Positions 10,883 to 22,921 of a DNA stretch of 64,000 nt are shown piece by piece. The stretch is from Macrostomum lignano (lineage: Eukaryota). Each line of letters begins with the position of its first letter. The first letter of the stretch is position 1. Location of the stretch: positions 1 through 64,000 of the forward strand of contig NIVC01000464.1 of assembly GCA_002269645.1 (NCBI GenBank). The letters run 5' to 3'. Both the position numbers and the translations under genes were made by a program. The notes below the pieces were generated by a model. It saw nothing but the letters and a program-made list of their open reading frames with translations. It had not been told where the DNA came from and ran no database searches.

Positions 10883-13800
10883 ATGCGCTCCGCAGTGCCA
10901 TGGCTTTCATTAATGTGTCGCCGCTCGCTGCGCACATCGTCAGCGTTGTTCAAACGCGACTATTACGAAGTACTGGGCCTCGGCCGTCAGGCCGATCAGA
11001 AAGATATTAAACGGGCTTATTATCAGCTGGCTAAAAAATATCACCCGGATGTTAATAAGAATGATCCAGGCGCGGCTAAGAAGTTCCAGGAAGTGTCGGA
11101 GGCCTACGAGGTGCTGTCGGATGAGGCCAAGCGGCGGCAGTATGACGCATACGGCATGGCTGGAGGCGGCAGTGGCGGTCCCGGGCAGTCCGCCTCAGCT
11201 AGTGGCCGAGGCAGTGGCGGGTTCCAGGTAGCTTATTGTAGAAATTCTATTTTCTGTGCGGACAATAGAATGCTCATAGGATGCTCAACATTCAGTAATT
11301 CGGGATGCTCAACATTCAGTAATTCGGGATGCTCAACATTCAGTAATTCGGAATGCTCAACATTCAGTAATTCGGGATGCTCAACATTCAGTAATTCGGG
11401 ATGCTCAACATTCAGTAATTCGGGATGCTCAACATTCAGTAATTCGGGATGCTCAACATTCAGTAATTCGGGATGTTCAACGTTCACAGATATGGGATTC
11501 TCAGCATTCGGGATTCTTAACATTCAGGGATTTGGTACTCTTAAGTTTTTGGGATCAGTATTCTCAAAGATCAGTATTCTCATTATCAGTATTCTCAAAG
11601 ATTCGGGATCAGTATTCGCAAAGATTCGGGATCAGTATTCGCAAAGATTCGGGATCAGTATTCGCAAAGATTCGGGATCAGTATTCGCAAAGATTCGGGA
11701 TCAGTATTCTCAAAGATTCGGGATCAGTATTCTCAAAGATTCGGGATCAGTATTCTCAAAGATTCGGGATCAGTATTCTCAAAGATTCGAGATTAGTATT
11801 CTCAAAGATTCTTCCCACTTGCTGTTCCCGCTGACTCCACCCGCAGGGCGGTTTCGAGAGCTACCACGGCTCCATTGATCCAGAAGAGCTGTTTCGTAGA
11901 ATTTTTCGCGATGCCGGCTTCGATTTTAGCGGTTTCAACAACACCGACTCGACAACACAAGGCTTCGCCGAGAGCGTATTCGGCTTCGGGCCGGCTAAAG
12001 AGGTGTCGCTTCGGCTCACCTTTGAGGAGGCCGCCTGCGGCGCTGTCAAGGCTGTACAGGTGAACGCTGTCGGCGACTGTAGAAAGTGTCGCGGTTCTGG
12101 CGCTGAGCCTGGCTCCAGAGTTGTGAACTGTCCGCAGTGCAACGGCACAGGTGAGCGCATTCTTTAGGGTAAATGGCTGGAGTAAGTATGGATACTTTAG
12201 CAGAATAATAGCCTCGTGTTATATTGTGGATTTTTTAAGTTTGTAGAATTACTAGTCTGTGGAATTGCTAGCTTGTGGAATTGCTAGGTTGTGGAATTGC
12301 TAGCTTGTGGAATTGCTAGTTTGTAGAATTGCTAGCTTGTGGAATTGCTAGCTTGTGGAATTGCTAGCTTGTAGAATTGCTAGCTTGTGGAATTGCTAGC
12401 TTGTGGAATTGCTAGCTTGTGGAATTGCTAGCTTGTGGAATTGCTAGCTTGTAGAATTGCTAGTTTGTAGAATTGCTAGCTTGTGGAATTGCTAGCTTGT
12501 GGAATTGCTAGCTTGTGGAATTGCTAGCTTGTGGAATTGCTAGCTTGTGAAAGCGCCCCAAACAATGACTATAGCAGCACTCGCACCGCTGCAACACAAT
12601 TGCATTCGGCAGGCTACGAGACTCTGTCAACTGGCGCCTTCTACATGCGCTCCACCTGTCGCAGATGCGGCGGCGCCAGGCGCGCAGCCGCCACGCCGTG
12701 CACCGAGTGCGGCGGCAAAGGTCGCACTATTCAACGGCGCAATCTGCAGATTGTTGTGCCCGCCGGGGTGGAATCTGGCCAGACTCTGCGGGTGCCGCTG
12801 AGCGGCGTCGGTGGCGGCTCCACGGAGGAGATTTGGGCTCGAATTGAAGTGACGCCCAGCGATCGGTTTCGACGCGACCGGGCCGATGTGCACTCGGATG
12901 TTGAGGTTTGTTAGCTCTGTGTTGGTGCCTGCTTTGATTCCCCAGATTTGATTCCGCTATGTGTGGGATTGCTTAAACACAAATTGAATTCACCGATGAA
13001 TACACCTGAGGAGGGTAGCGGAATCCACTGATTAATACACCTGAGGAGGGTAGCGGAATTCACCGATGAATACACCTGAGGAGGGTAGCGGAATCCACTG
13101 ATGAATACACCTGAGGAGGGTAGCGGAATCCACTGATTAATACACCTGAGGAGGGTAGCGGAATCCACTGATGAATACACCTGAGGAGGGTAGCGGAATC
13201 CACTGATTAAACACCTGAGGAGGGTAGCGGAATCCACTGATGAATACACCTGAGGAGGGTAGCGGAATCCACTGATAATTTCACCTGAGGAGGGTAGCGG
13301 AATCCACTGATGAATACACCTGAGGAGGGTAGCGGAATCCACTGATGAATACACCTGAGGAGGGTAGCGGAATTCACCGATGAATACACCTGAGGAGGGT
13401 AGCGGAATCCACTGATGAATACACCTGAGGAGGGTAGCGGAATCCACTGATTAATACACCTGAGGAGGGTAGCGGAATCCACTGATGAATACACCTGAGG
13501 AGGGTAGCGGAATCCACTGATTAAACACCTGAGGAGGGTAGCGGAATCCACTGATAATTTCACCTGAGGAGGGTAGCGGAATCCACTGATGAATACACCT
13601 GAGGAGGGTAGCGGAATCCACTGATGAATACACCTGAGGAGGGTAGCGGAATCCACTGATAATTTCACCTGAGGAGGGTAGCGGAGTCCACTGATAATTT
13701 CACCTGAGGAGGGTAGCGGAATCCACTGATGAATACACCTGAGGAGGGTAGCGGAATCCACTGATGAATACACCTGAGGAGGGTAGCGGAATCCACTGAT

Positions 13801-16800
13801 GAATACACCTGAGGAGGGTAGCGGAATCCACTGATGAATACACCTGAGGAGGGTAGCGTAATCCACTGATTAATACACCTGAGGAGGGTAGCGGAATCCA
13901 CTGATTAATACACCTGAGGAGGGTAGCGGAATCCACTGATTAATACACCCGAGGAGGGTAGCGGAATTCACTGATTAATACACCTGAGGAGGGTAGCGGA
14001 ATCCACTGATGAATACACCTGAGGAGGGTAGCGGAATCCACTGATGAATACACCTGAGGAGGGTAGCGGAATCCACTGATGAATACACCTGAGGAGGGTA
14101 GCGGAATCCACTGATTAATACACCTGAGGTGGGTAGCGGAATCCACTGATTAATACACCTGAGGAGGGTAGCGGAATCCACTGATTAATACACCTGAGGA
14201 GGGTAGCGGAATCCACTGATAATTTCACCTGAGGAGGGTAGCGGAATCCACTGATAATTTCACCTGAGGAGGGTAGCGGAATCCACTGATGAATACACCT
14301 GAGGAGGGTAGCGGAATCCACTGATAATTTCACCTGAGGAGGGTAGCGGAATCCACTGATGAATACACCTGAGGAGGGTAGCGGAATCCACTGATAATTT
14401 CACCTGAGGAGGGTAGCGGAATCCACTGATGAATACACCTGAGGAGGGTAGCGGAATCCACTGATAATTTCACCTGAGGAGGGTAGCGGAATCCACTGAT
14501 GAATACACCTGAGGAGGGTAGCGGAATCCACTGATGAATACACCTGAGGAGGGTAGCGGAATCCACTGATTAATACACCTGAGGAGGGTAGCGGAATCCA
14601 CTGATAATTTCACCTGAGGAGGGTAGCGGAATCCACTGATAATTTCACCTGAGGAGGGTAGCGGAATCCACTGATAATTTCACCTGAGGAGGGTAGCGGA
14701 ATCCACTGATAATTTCACCTGAGGAGGGTAGCGGAATCCACTGATGAATACACCTGAGGAGGGTAGCGGAATCCACTGATGAATACACCTGAGGAGGGTA
14801 GCGGAATCCACTGATGAATACACCTGAGGAGGGTAGCGGAATCCACTGATAATTTCACCTGAGGAGGGTAGCGGAATCCACTGATGAATACACCTGAGGA
14901 GGGTAGCGGAATCCACTGATGAATACACCTGAGGAGGGTAGCGGAATTCACTGATGAATACACCTGAGGAGGGTAGCGAAATCCACTGATGAATACACCT
15001 GAGGAGGGTAGCGGAATCCACTGATGAATACACCTGAGGAGGCCGGAGGGTAGCGGAATCCACTGATGAATACACCTGAGGAGGGTAGCGGAATCCACTG
15101 ATGAATACACTTGAGGAGGGTAGCGGAATCCACTGATGAATACACCTGAGGAGGGTAGCGGAATCCACTGATAATTTCACCTGAGGAGGGTAGCGGAATC
15201 CACTGATGAATACACCTGAGGAGGGTAGCGGAATCCACTGATGAATACACCTGAGGAGGGTAGCGGAATCCACTGATTAAACACCTGAGGAGGGTAGCGG
15301 AATCCACTGATGAATACACCTGAGGAGGGTAGCGGAATCCACTGATTAATACACCTGAGGAGGGTAGCGGAATCCACTGATGAATACACCTTAGGAGGGT
15401 AGCGGAATCCTAAGCTATTGCAATGGATAGAGTTTGCCATACATAGGACTGCAAGTAGTCAGAAGGATATCTATCAGATGGCCTGTATACTATAATGACG
15501 AAGCATAATTACACTCTTATAGGTGAGCATCAGCCAGGCGGTCCTAGGCGGCACAATCAGTGTCAGAGGTCTGCGTGAACAGCTTAGCGTTAATCTTCCG
15601 CCAGGCACCAACTCTCACGATACGATTCGCCTGTCTGGCCAGGGCATCGCCCGCATCGGCGGCTACGGCAACGGCGATCATGTTGTGCACGTGAAGATCA
15701 AATCGCCTCGCCGGTTGAGTCAGGAACAGCGCGAACTGCTGCTAAAGTTTGCCCAGCTGGAGGGAGCAAACGATTATCGGGGTGGAACTGTTGACGGGGT
15801 GCTGCGGTCTGTCACTGCTGGTGAGGCTTCTGCTCACTGCAGTCATTGTTGCGTAATTATGTTTTAGGATAGTCAACTTTTTGGAGAAGTTTAGCAGTCT
15901 ACTCATTCCTAAAACCGCCCTGTACTCATGTCTAAAACCGCCCTGTACTCATGTCTAAAACCGCCCTGTACTCATGTCTAAATCCGCCCTGTACTCATTC
16001 CTAAAACCGCCCTGTACTCATGTCTAAAACCGCCCTGTACTCATTCCTGAAACCGCCCTGTACTCATGTCTAAAACCGCCCTGTACTCATGTCTAAAACC
16101 GCCCTGTACTCATGTCTAAAACCGCCCTGTACTCATGTCTAAAACCGCCCTGTACTCATTCCTAAAACCGCCCTGTACTCATGTCTAAAACCGCCCTGTA
16201 CTCATGTCTAAATCCGCCCTGTACTCATGTCTAAAACCGCCCTGTACTCATGTCTAAAACCGCCCTGTACTCATGTCTAAAACCGCCCTCTACTCACTCC
16301 TAAAACCGCCATCTACTCACTCCTAAAACCGCCCTCTACTCACTCCTTAAACTGCCCTCTACTCACTCCTAAAACCGCCCTCTACTCACTCCTAAAACCG
16401 CCCTCTACTCACTCCTAAAACCGCCCTCTACTCACTCCTAAAACCGCCCTCTACTCACTCCTAAAACCGCCCTCTACTCATTCCTAAAACCGCCCTCTAC
16501 TCACTCCTAAAACCGCCCTCTACTCACTCCTAAAACCGCCCTCTACTCACTCCTAAAACCGCCCTCTACTCACTCCTAAAACCGCCCTCTACTCACTCCT
16601 AAAACCGCCCTCTACTCACTCCTAAAACCGCCCTCTACTCACTCCTAAAACCGCCCTCTACTCACTCCTAAAACCGCCCTCTACTCACTCCTAAAACCGC
16701 CCTCTACTCACTCTTAAAACCGCCCTCTACTCACTCCTAAAACCGCCCTCTACTCACTCCTAAAACCGCCCTCTACTCACTCCTTAAACTGCCCTCTACT

Positions 16801-16985
16801 CACTCTTAAAACTGCCCTCTACTCACTCCTAAAACCGCCCTCTACTCACTCCTAAAACCGCCCCACATTTCGCCTTTTCAGAGCTGCTGAGCACAATACT
16901 CAGAGTGCTCGCTGACCGTAAATTGAGCCTATTCGACAAACTGAAAGAGATTGGTTGGCACCTGAAGAAAGCTGTATTGGGTTAA
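10883..16985 (+). CDS. DNAJA3: DnaJ/Hsp40 type I co-chaperone, mitochondrial Tid1 type; exons 10883-11227, 11847-12150, 12613-12905, 15523-15820, 16882-16985
   Basis: Arg/Ser-rich presequence-like N-terminus, J domain ([25 protein letters not shown]), G/F region, four CxxCxGxG-type zinc repeats and a C-terminal domain. All four introns are GT-AG with frame-consistent phases 0,1,0,1. The last exon is the least certain. Confidence 0.9.
11279..11810. repeat. DNAJA3 intron 1 minisatellites: 24-bp (gggatgctcaacattcagtaattc) followed by 23-bp (gggatcagtattcgcaaagattc)
   Basis: Both units are directly visible in tandem. Confidence 0.92.
12255..12550. repeat. DNAJA3 intron 2 minisatellite, 16-bp (gtggaattgctagctt)
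   Basis: About 18 tandem copies are visible. Confidence 0.92.
12990..15410. repeat. DNAJA3 intron 3 minisatellite, 35-bp (cctgaggagggtagcggaatccactgatgaataca), about 69 copies
   Basis: A near-invariant 27-bp core plus a 7-8 bp segment that takes four recurring variants. Confidence 0.95.
15900..16862. repeat. DNAJA3 intron 4 minisatellite, 23-bp (ctaaaaccgccctgtactcatgt / ctaaaaccgccctctactcactc)
   Basis: About 41 copies, with a variant switch near 16285. Confidence 0.95.
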
Positions 16986-17289
16986 TGGATTTATTAATGA
17001 GAAATTTTGTTAGTAAAAAATATCGTCAGTCTGCAGTCAAATCAAGCAGTTTTAAAAGATTCTTATCGTCCAGCCGTTTGAATATTATTAATAAATGTTA
17101 GATGTGTTCCAGCTCAGTGTCCACCAGCATGCCTGCTGTTCGTTTGCTTATGCATAGACTTCAATAGTTTTGCTATATATATCCGGAATATGAGCTTTTG
17201 TCATAAAGTAAAACTCAACCGCATCTTTGAATGATTTGCCATTTTTATAGAGGTACTTGCATTTTAGTTTGGTTGATTTTTTTAACTTT

Positions 17290-17795
17290 ATAGAGAAATT
17301 CCTCATGAAATTCCCCCTGTGAGAAAATCCTTATTGAGGAATTCCCCCATCATCCCCATTTAAGAAGTTCTCCATCGAGAAAATCCCTGGTTTGCAGAGT
17401 TTCCTATTGAAAAAATCTCCATTTGAGAAATTCCCCATTGAGAAAATCCCCATTGAGAAAATCCCTCATTTGAGAAATTCCCTTTTGAAAAATCCCCGAT
17501 TTGAGAAACTTCCCATTGAGAAATCCCTATTTGAGAAATTTCCCGTTGAGAAAATCCCCCATTGAGAAATCCCCTATTTGAGAAATTTCCCATTGAGAAA
17601 TCCCCTATTTGAGAAATTTCCCATTGAGAAATCCCTATTTGAGAAATTTCCCGTTGAGAAAATTCCCTATTTGAGAAATCCCTAATTGAGAAAATTCCCC
17701 ATTGAGAAATCCCCTATTTGAGAAATTTCCCATTGAGAAAATCCCTATTGAAAAAATCTCAGATTTGAGAAATTCCCCATTAAGAATTCCCCGCT
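17290..17795. repeat. Degenerate 14-17 bp repeat array (ttgagaaat(t)cccc / gagaaatttccc) between DNAJA3 and the ZIP gene
   Basis: The motif recurs roughly 30 times. Confidence 0.85.
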
Positions 17796-17859
17796 AAGCA
17801 TTCACAAATGCAATTCCTGGAGCCTGAGAGCCCTTAGCCGGCCATTGCATCGCCAATTC

Positions 17860-20800
17860 ATGTTGCACTCCGTGGCCCCAAATTCAACAACGCCGTCGAC
17901 TTTGTCCGGCGTCGACATCAACGACGATGACACCGGCGACGGCTACGTTACGATCAAAGCTATTGGAATCCCTTTGATCTTTGCCGCCAATATAATGGCT
18001 GGATTATTGCCGCTAGCGCTCCGGGCTCGGTGCCTTGGAACTGGCACTGCTGGGTCCAGGGGCGGCGGCGGAAGCCGTCTGCGGGCCTGGATGAGCCCGG
18101 CCAGTTGCTTCAGCGCCGGGGTGTTTCTGGCCTCCTGCTTTGTCGGCCTGTTGCCCTCGGTTCGGGCCAGTTTCCTTCGCCTGTATCCGGGTAGCCACCT
18201 GCCGCTCACTGAGCTCAGCTTGATGTCCGGCTTCTTTGCCGTCTGGGCCTTGGACCTGTTCGCTCACTGGGCCTGCTCCGGCCATTGCTGCTTTTCCAAA
18301 GAGAAGCAGCAGCAAAAGCAACGGCAATTACAATTGCCCGAATGGCGAAAAAGACAGCTGCAACGGCAAGCTAACGGCGAACGAATGTCGAACGGTGATC
18401 AGCTGATCTCATCGCCGTCTTCAGCTGATTCGTCTTCGGTGTCATTGAGCGGCGCGGCTCCTCTGCTGGCCGACTCCGGCGACGAGGACGAGAATGACGC
18501 TGAGGAGACCGCCTTTGACCGGTCGCACCATCAGCTGCAGCATCACGGCCATCACCATCACGACTTCTTCATTGGAGCTGGTTAGCTGCCTTTTTTGTAC
18601 TGATAGATCGACTTTCCTCAAGACAGGCTTATATACAGGCTTACAGACAGACTTTACAGACAGGCTTACAGACAGACCTTACAGACAAGCTTACAGACAG
18701 GCTTACAGACACACCTTACGGACAGGCTTACAGACACACCTTACGGACAGGCTTACAGACACACCTTACGGACAGGCTTACAGACACACCTTACGGACAG
18801 GCTTACAGACACACCTTACGGACAGGCTTACAGACACACCTTACGGACAGGCTTACAGACACACCTTACGGACAGGCTTACAGACGGGCTTACAGACAAG
18901 CTTACACAGTACAGACATCCTAACAGATAAACCTTACAGACCGGCTTACAGACAGAACTCACAGACAGACCTACAGACAGACCTTACAGACAGACCTACA
19001 GACAGATCTTACAGTCAGACTTTTACAGACAGGCTTACAGACAGACCTTACAGACAAGCCTACAGACAGACCTTACAGACAGACCTACAGACAGACCTTA
19101 CAGACAGACTTTTACAGACCTTACAGACAGACCTACAGACAGACCTTACAGACAGACTTTTACAGACCTTACAGACAGACCTACAGACAGATCTTACAGT
19201 CAGACTTTTACAGACAGGCTTACAGACAGACCTTACAGACAAGCCTACAGACAGAACTTAGAGATAGGCCTTACAGACAGGCTTACAGACATAATTTTAC
19301 AGACAGACCTACGGACAGACTGTACATACAGGCTTATAGATCGACCTTACAGACAGACTTACAGTGTACAGACAAGCTTACAGATAGGACTTACAGCCAG
19401 CTAGCCGCAAAGCGCGTACTGCATTCCCTCGCCCAGACTCGTCAAGCCCGGCTGCCACAATGAACGCCATCCTGCTGACCCTATCAATGGGCGTGCACAG
19501 CCTATTAGAAGGCATTGGCGCCGGGGTCAGCCAGTCGGGCGCAACCGTGCTGACCCTGCTAGCCGCTATGCTGATGCACGAGTCATTGTGCAGCCTGTCG
19601 CTTGGCGTGGCCCTTCTGAGGGGCGGAGCGCCGCCCAGACTGCAGGCTTGCCTTGTTGGCCTGTTCTCCGCGTTAATACCTGCCGGCTTAGCGATTGGCT
19701 TGGCTATTGAGGCTGGCGTGGGCAGTCAGACTGGAGAATCGGCAATTTCCGCTCACAGAGCAGTGGCGGCGCTTCAGGTTTGCGGCTTGTCTGGGGCATT
19801 TTTGTTATTGCTTGTGAACAAGTTTCTACTCTTGAGCTCCATTCCGATTTCTAAAGCTTTACATCCTACTGTACAGTAGTATCTAGTGATTTCTGCTGCA
19901 GTAATTTGAACATAATTTTCTTCTCTTTTAGACTGCCTGAGTCTTCTGTTACTCTTACATGCCACAGACTGTCACTCTTGCATGCCACAGACTATCACTC
20001 TTGTATACCGGGCTGTCACTATTACATGTATGGGCTGTCACTCTTTCATATTGAAACTGTCACTCTTACATGCTGGACTGTCGCTCTTACATTCTAGACT
20101 GTCACTCTTGCATGCCACAGACTGTCACTCTTACATGTTAGGACTGTCACTCTTACATGTTAGGACTGTCACTCTTACATGTTAGGATCCTGTCACTCTT
20201 ACATGTTAGGACTGTCACTCTTACATGTTAGGACTGTCACTCTTACATGTTAGGACTGTCACTCTTACATGTTAGGACTGTCACTCTTACATGTTAGGAC
20301 TGTCACTCTTGCATGTTAGGACTGTCACTCTTACATGTTATGACTGTCACTCTTGCATGCCACAGACTGTCCTAACATGCCGCAGACTGTCACTCTTACA
20401 TGTTAGGATTGTCACTCTTGCATGCCACAGACTGTCACTCTTGCATATTAGGACTGTCACTCTTACATGTTAGGACTGTCACTCTTACATGTTAGGATTG
20501 TCACTCTTGCATGCCACAGACTGTCACTCTTGCATATTAGGACTGTCACTCTTACATGTTAGGACTGTCACTCTTACATGTTAGGACTGTCACTCTTGCA
20601 TGCCACAGACTGTCACTCTTGCATGCCACAGACTGTCCTTCTAACATGCCGCAGACTGTCACTCTTACATGTTAGGACTGTCACTCTTGCATGCCACAGA
20701 CTGTCCTTCTAACATGCCGCAGACTGTCACTCTTACATGTTAGGACTGTCACTCTTGCATGTTAGGACTGTCACTCTTGCATGCCACAGACTGTCCTTCT

Positions 20801-21226
20801 AACATGCCGCAGACTGTCACTCTTACATGTTAGGACTGTCACTCTTACATGTTAGGACTGTCACTCTTACATGTTAGGACTGTCACTCTTGCATGCCACA
20901 GACTGTCCTTCTAACATGCCGCAGACTGTCACTCTTACATGTTAGGACTATCACTCTTGCATGCCACAGACTGTCAACTCTTACATGCCGGACCGTCTCT
21001 TTTCCATAACACAGAGCACCCACCCCTCGCACCGAACTCGCAGGGCCTGGCCTCGGGCACGTTCGCCTATGTGATATTCATAGAACTGCTGCCGCCAGAG
21101 CTGGCACCAGCTGGCAATGGCGAAGACGGACGCAGTCGTCAGGGCGTCAAGTTTGCCGCCACTCTGATTGGCTTCTGTTTGGTGGCGGGCATCTCGCTAG
21201 GGTTCGGCCATCGGCACGGGGCCTAG
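17860..21226 (+). CDS. ZIP/SLC39 zinc-iron transporter (ZIP1/2/3-like); exons 17860-18580, 19437-19777, 21044-21226
   Basis: Hydrophobic helices, FSAGVFLASCF, His-rich loop HHQLQHHGHHHHD, TM4 HSLLEG, TM5 MHES and GTFAYVIFIELLP. Introns are GT-AG with phases 1 and 0. The start codon is uncertain and an upstream exon is possible. Confidence 0.9.
18620..19400. repeat. ZIP intron 1 degenerate ACAG-based minisatellite (cttacagacagac / cttacggacagg)
   Basis: Visible tandem degenerate units. Confidence 0.85.
19930..20990. repeat. ZIP intron 2 minisatellite, 22-bp (ttacatgttaggactgtcactc) with gcatgccacag variants
   Basis: Visible tandem array. Confidence 0.92.
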
Positions 21227-22551
21227 GCCTATGCTGTGTGTGCATGGTAGCCCTGGAGCCGTTCTGGACGAGTAGAATTATGGATAAGTTGGAGTTGCAG
21301 CTATCAGGTTAGAACAGTGACGACATTGTTAAGAAGGCTTTAGAATATTTAGCTATGAGGGCCGGCCCCCAACGCGCAGAGAGTCGTACGTGCCTGACGA
21401 TTAGAAAGTCAAATTGGCGCTGTGATCTTTCAGTTTAAATTTAGACATTGTGATTATTTATCGGCTAGCTTTTCCCGTCCAGAGAGTGTTTCCAGGGCTC
21501 CATGGCTCGCTTGACAAGAGACCGGTTAAACGTTAGAATTCAGTTTTGATTATTTAATATTACTAAACGGATTTCTTACGGTTGCATTGAACTGTCTTGC
21601 AAGAGAACTTTAATCAGTATTTCATTGCGTTCGTGAATTTCTAAATGCTTCCATTAGTAGTTCTCTGCATTCATTTGATATTGTTCATAATTTGCTTTAA
21701 TTTTTATTTTTGCTGTTTCTCTTTTGTTGATTTTGCATTCTTTTATTTCAATTTTCATGTATCTAATAATTTGTAGAAAGATTAAGCTTTGAACTATAAA
21801 CTATAATGTTTAAGTGTGTTACCAACTCTACTTTTTTCCAACTGAAGCCCTGCAGTCCACTCCTATTTTGTTTGAGAACTATTTGAGTAGGCATATTTGT
21901 GAGCATGATTTGGTTATAGAATTCTACATTCGTATATAAATATTAATGTGTGAATGTGTATTCGCAGATATCATTGAACACTGTTGCCTTCTAGTGCTAG
22001 TTGGATATTATCATTTGCCTTCTATCGGTAATATAACTACTATTATTTGGAAAATATACAATTGCTTTACTTTTCTATTGGTGAGATCTTGTTAATCTTG
22101 TTTAACTAAGCAACCATTTACCGAAACAATTTTTTTGAATTATTAATTTCAGCTTATCTGTGCCCCTAGGTACTCGGTAGTATTTTAGGCTTAGAAACTG
22201 TGCTTATGTACTTGTAGCTAATAAGAAAGCATATAGCATACACATTATAGAATACATAAATATCTATACTGATAAGTAGGTTTACCCTAGCTGATTAATA
22301 GTGAACCTCTGATAATGGTTCCTAGTACAAAAGGAATTAAAATTCGCACAGCCTACTTTGTTGTAAACCATTTTCTCAGTCGTACAAACAAAATAAAGTA
22401 ATGAAAGTTCTCGATTCTCTTCATTATTAGATGCTAAATAATGAAAAAAATCTGAAGGATTTCATGAAGCTGGAAGTATTCTAAATTTTGACTGAATCAA
22501 AGTTACTTGATGATAGCAGTGGCCCATCGAATGAAATGGGCTGCTCTTGCT

Positions 22552-22921
22552 GCCTGTCACTGGCAGTCATGTGTCACTGGCAGTCATGTGTCATTGGCAG
22601 TCATGTGTCACTGACAGTCATGTGTCACTGGCAGTCATGTGTCACTGGCAGTCATGTGTCACTGGCAGTCAAATGTCACTGGTAGTCAAATGTCACTGGC
22701 AGTCATGTGTCACTGGCAGTCAAATGTCACTGGTAGTCAAATGTCACTGGCAGTCATGTGTCACTGGCAGTCAAATGTCACTGGTAGTCAAATGTCTCTG
22801 GCAGTCATGTGTCACTGGCAGTCAAATGTCACTGGTAGTCAAATGTCTCTGGCAGTCATGTGTCACTGGCAGTCAAATGTCACTGGTAGTCAAATGTCAC
22901 TGGCAGTCATGTGTCACTGGC
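22552..22921. repeat. 17-bp minisatellite (gtcactggcagtcatgt / gtcactggtagtcaaat) with an emerging 3-unit higher-order repeat
   Basis: Visible tandem array. Confidence 0.9.

Noticed and set aside
12990-15410. CRISPR-like look of the 35-bp constant-plus-variable array
   Set aside because: The variable part is only 7-8 bp with four recurring states. There are no unique spacers or cas genes, and it lies in a eukaryotic intron.
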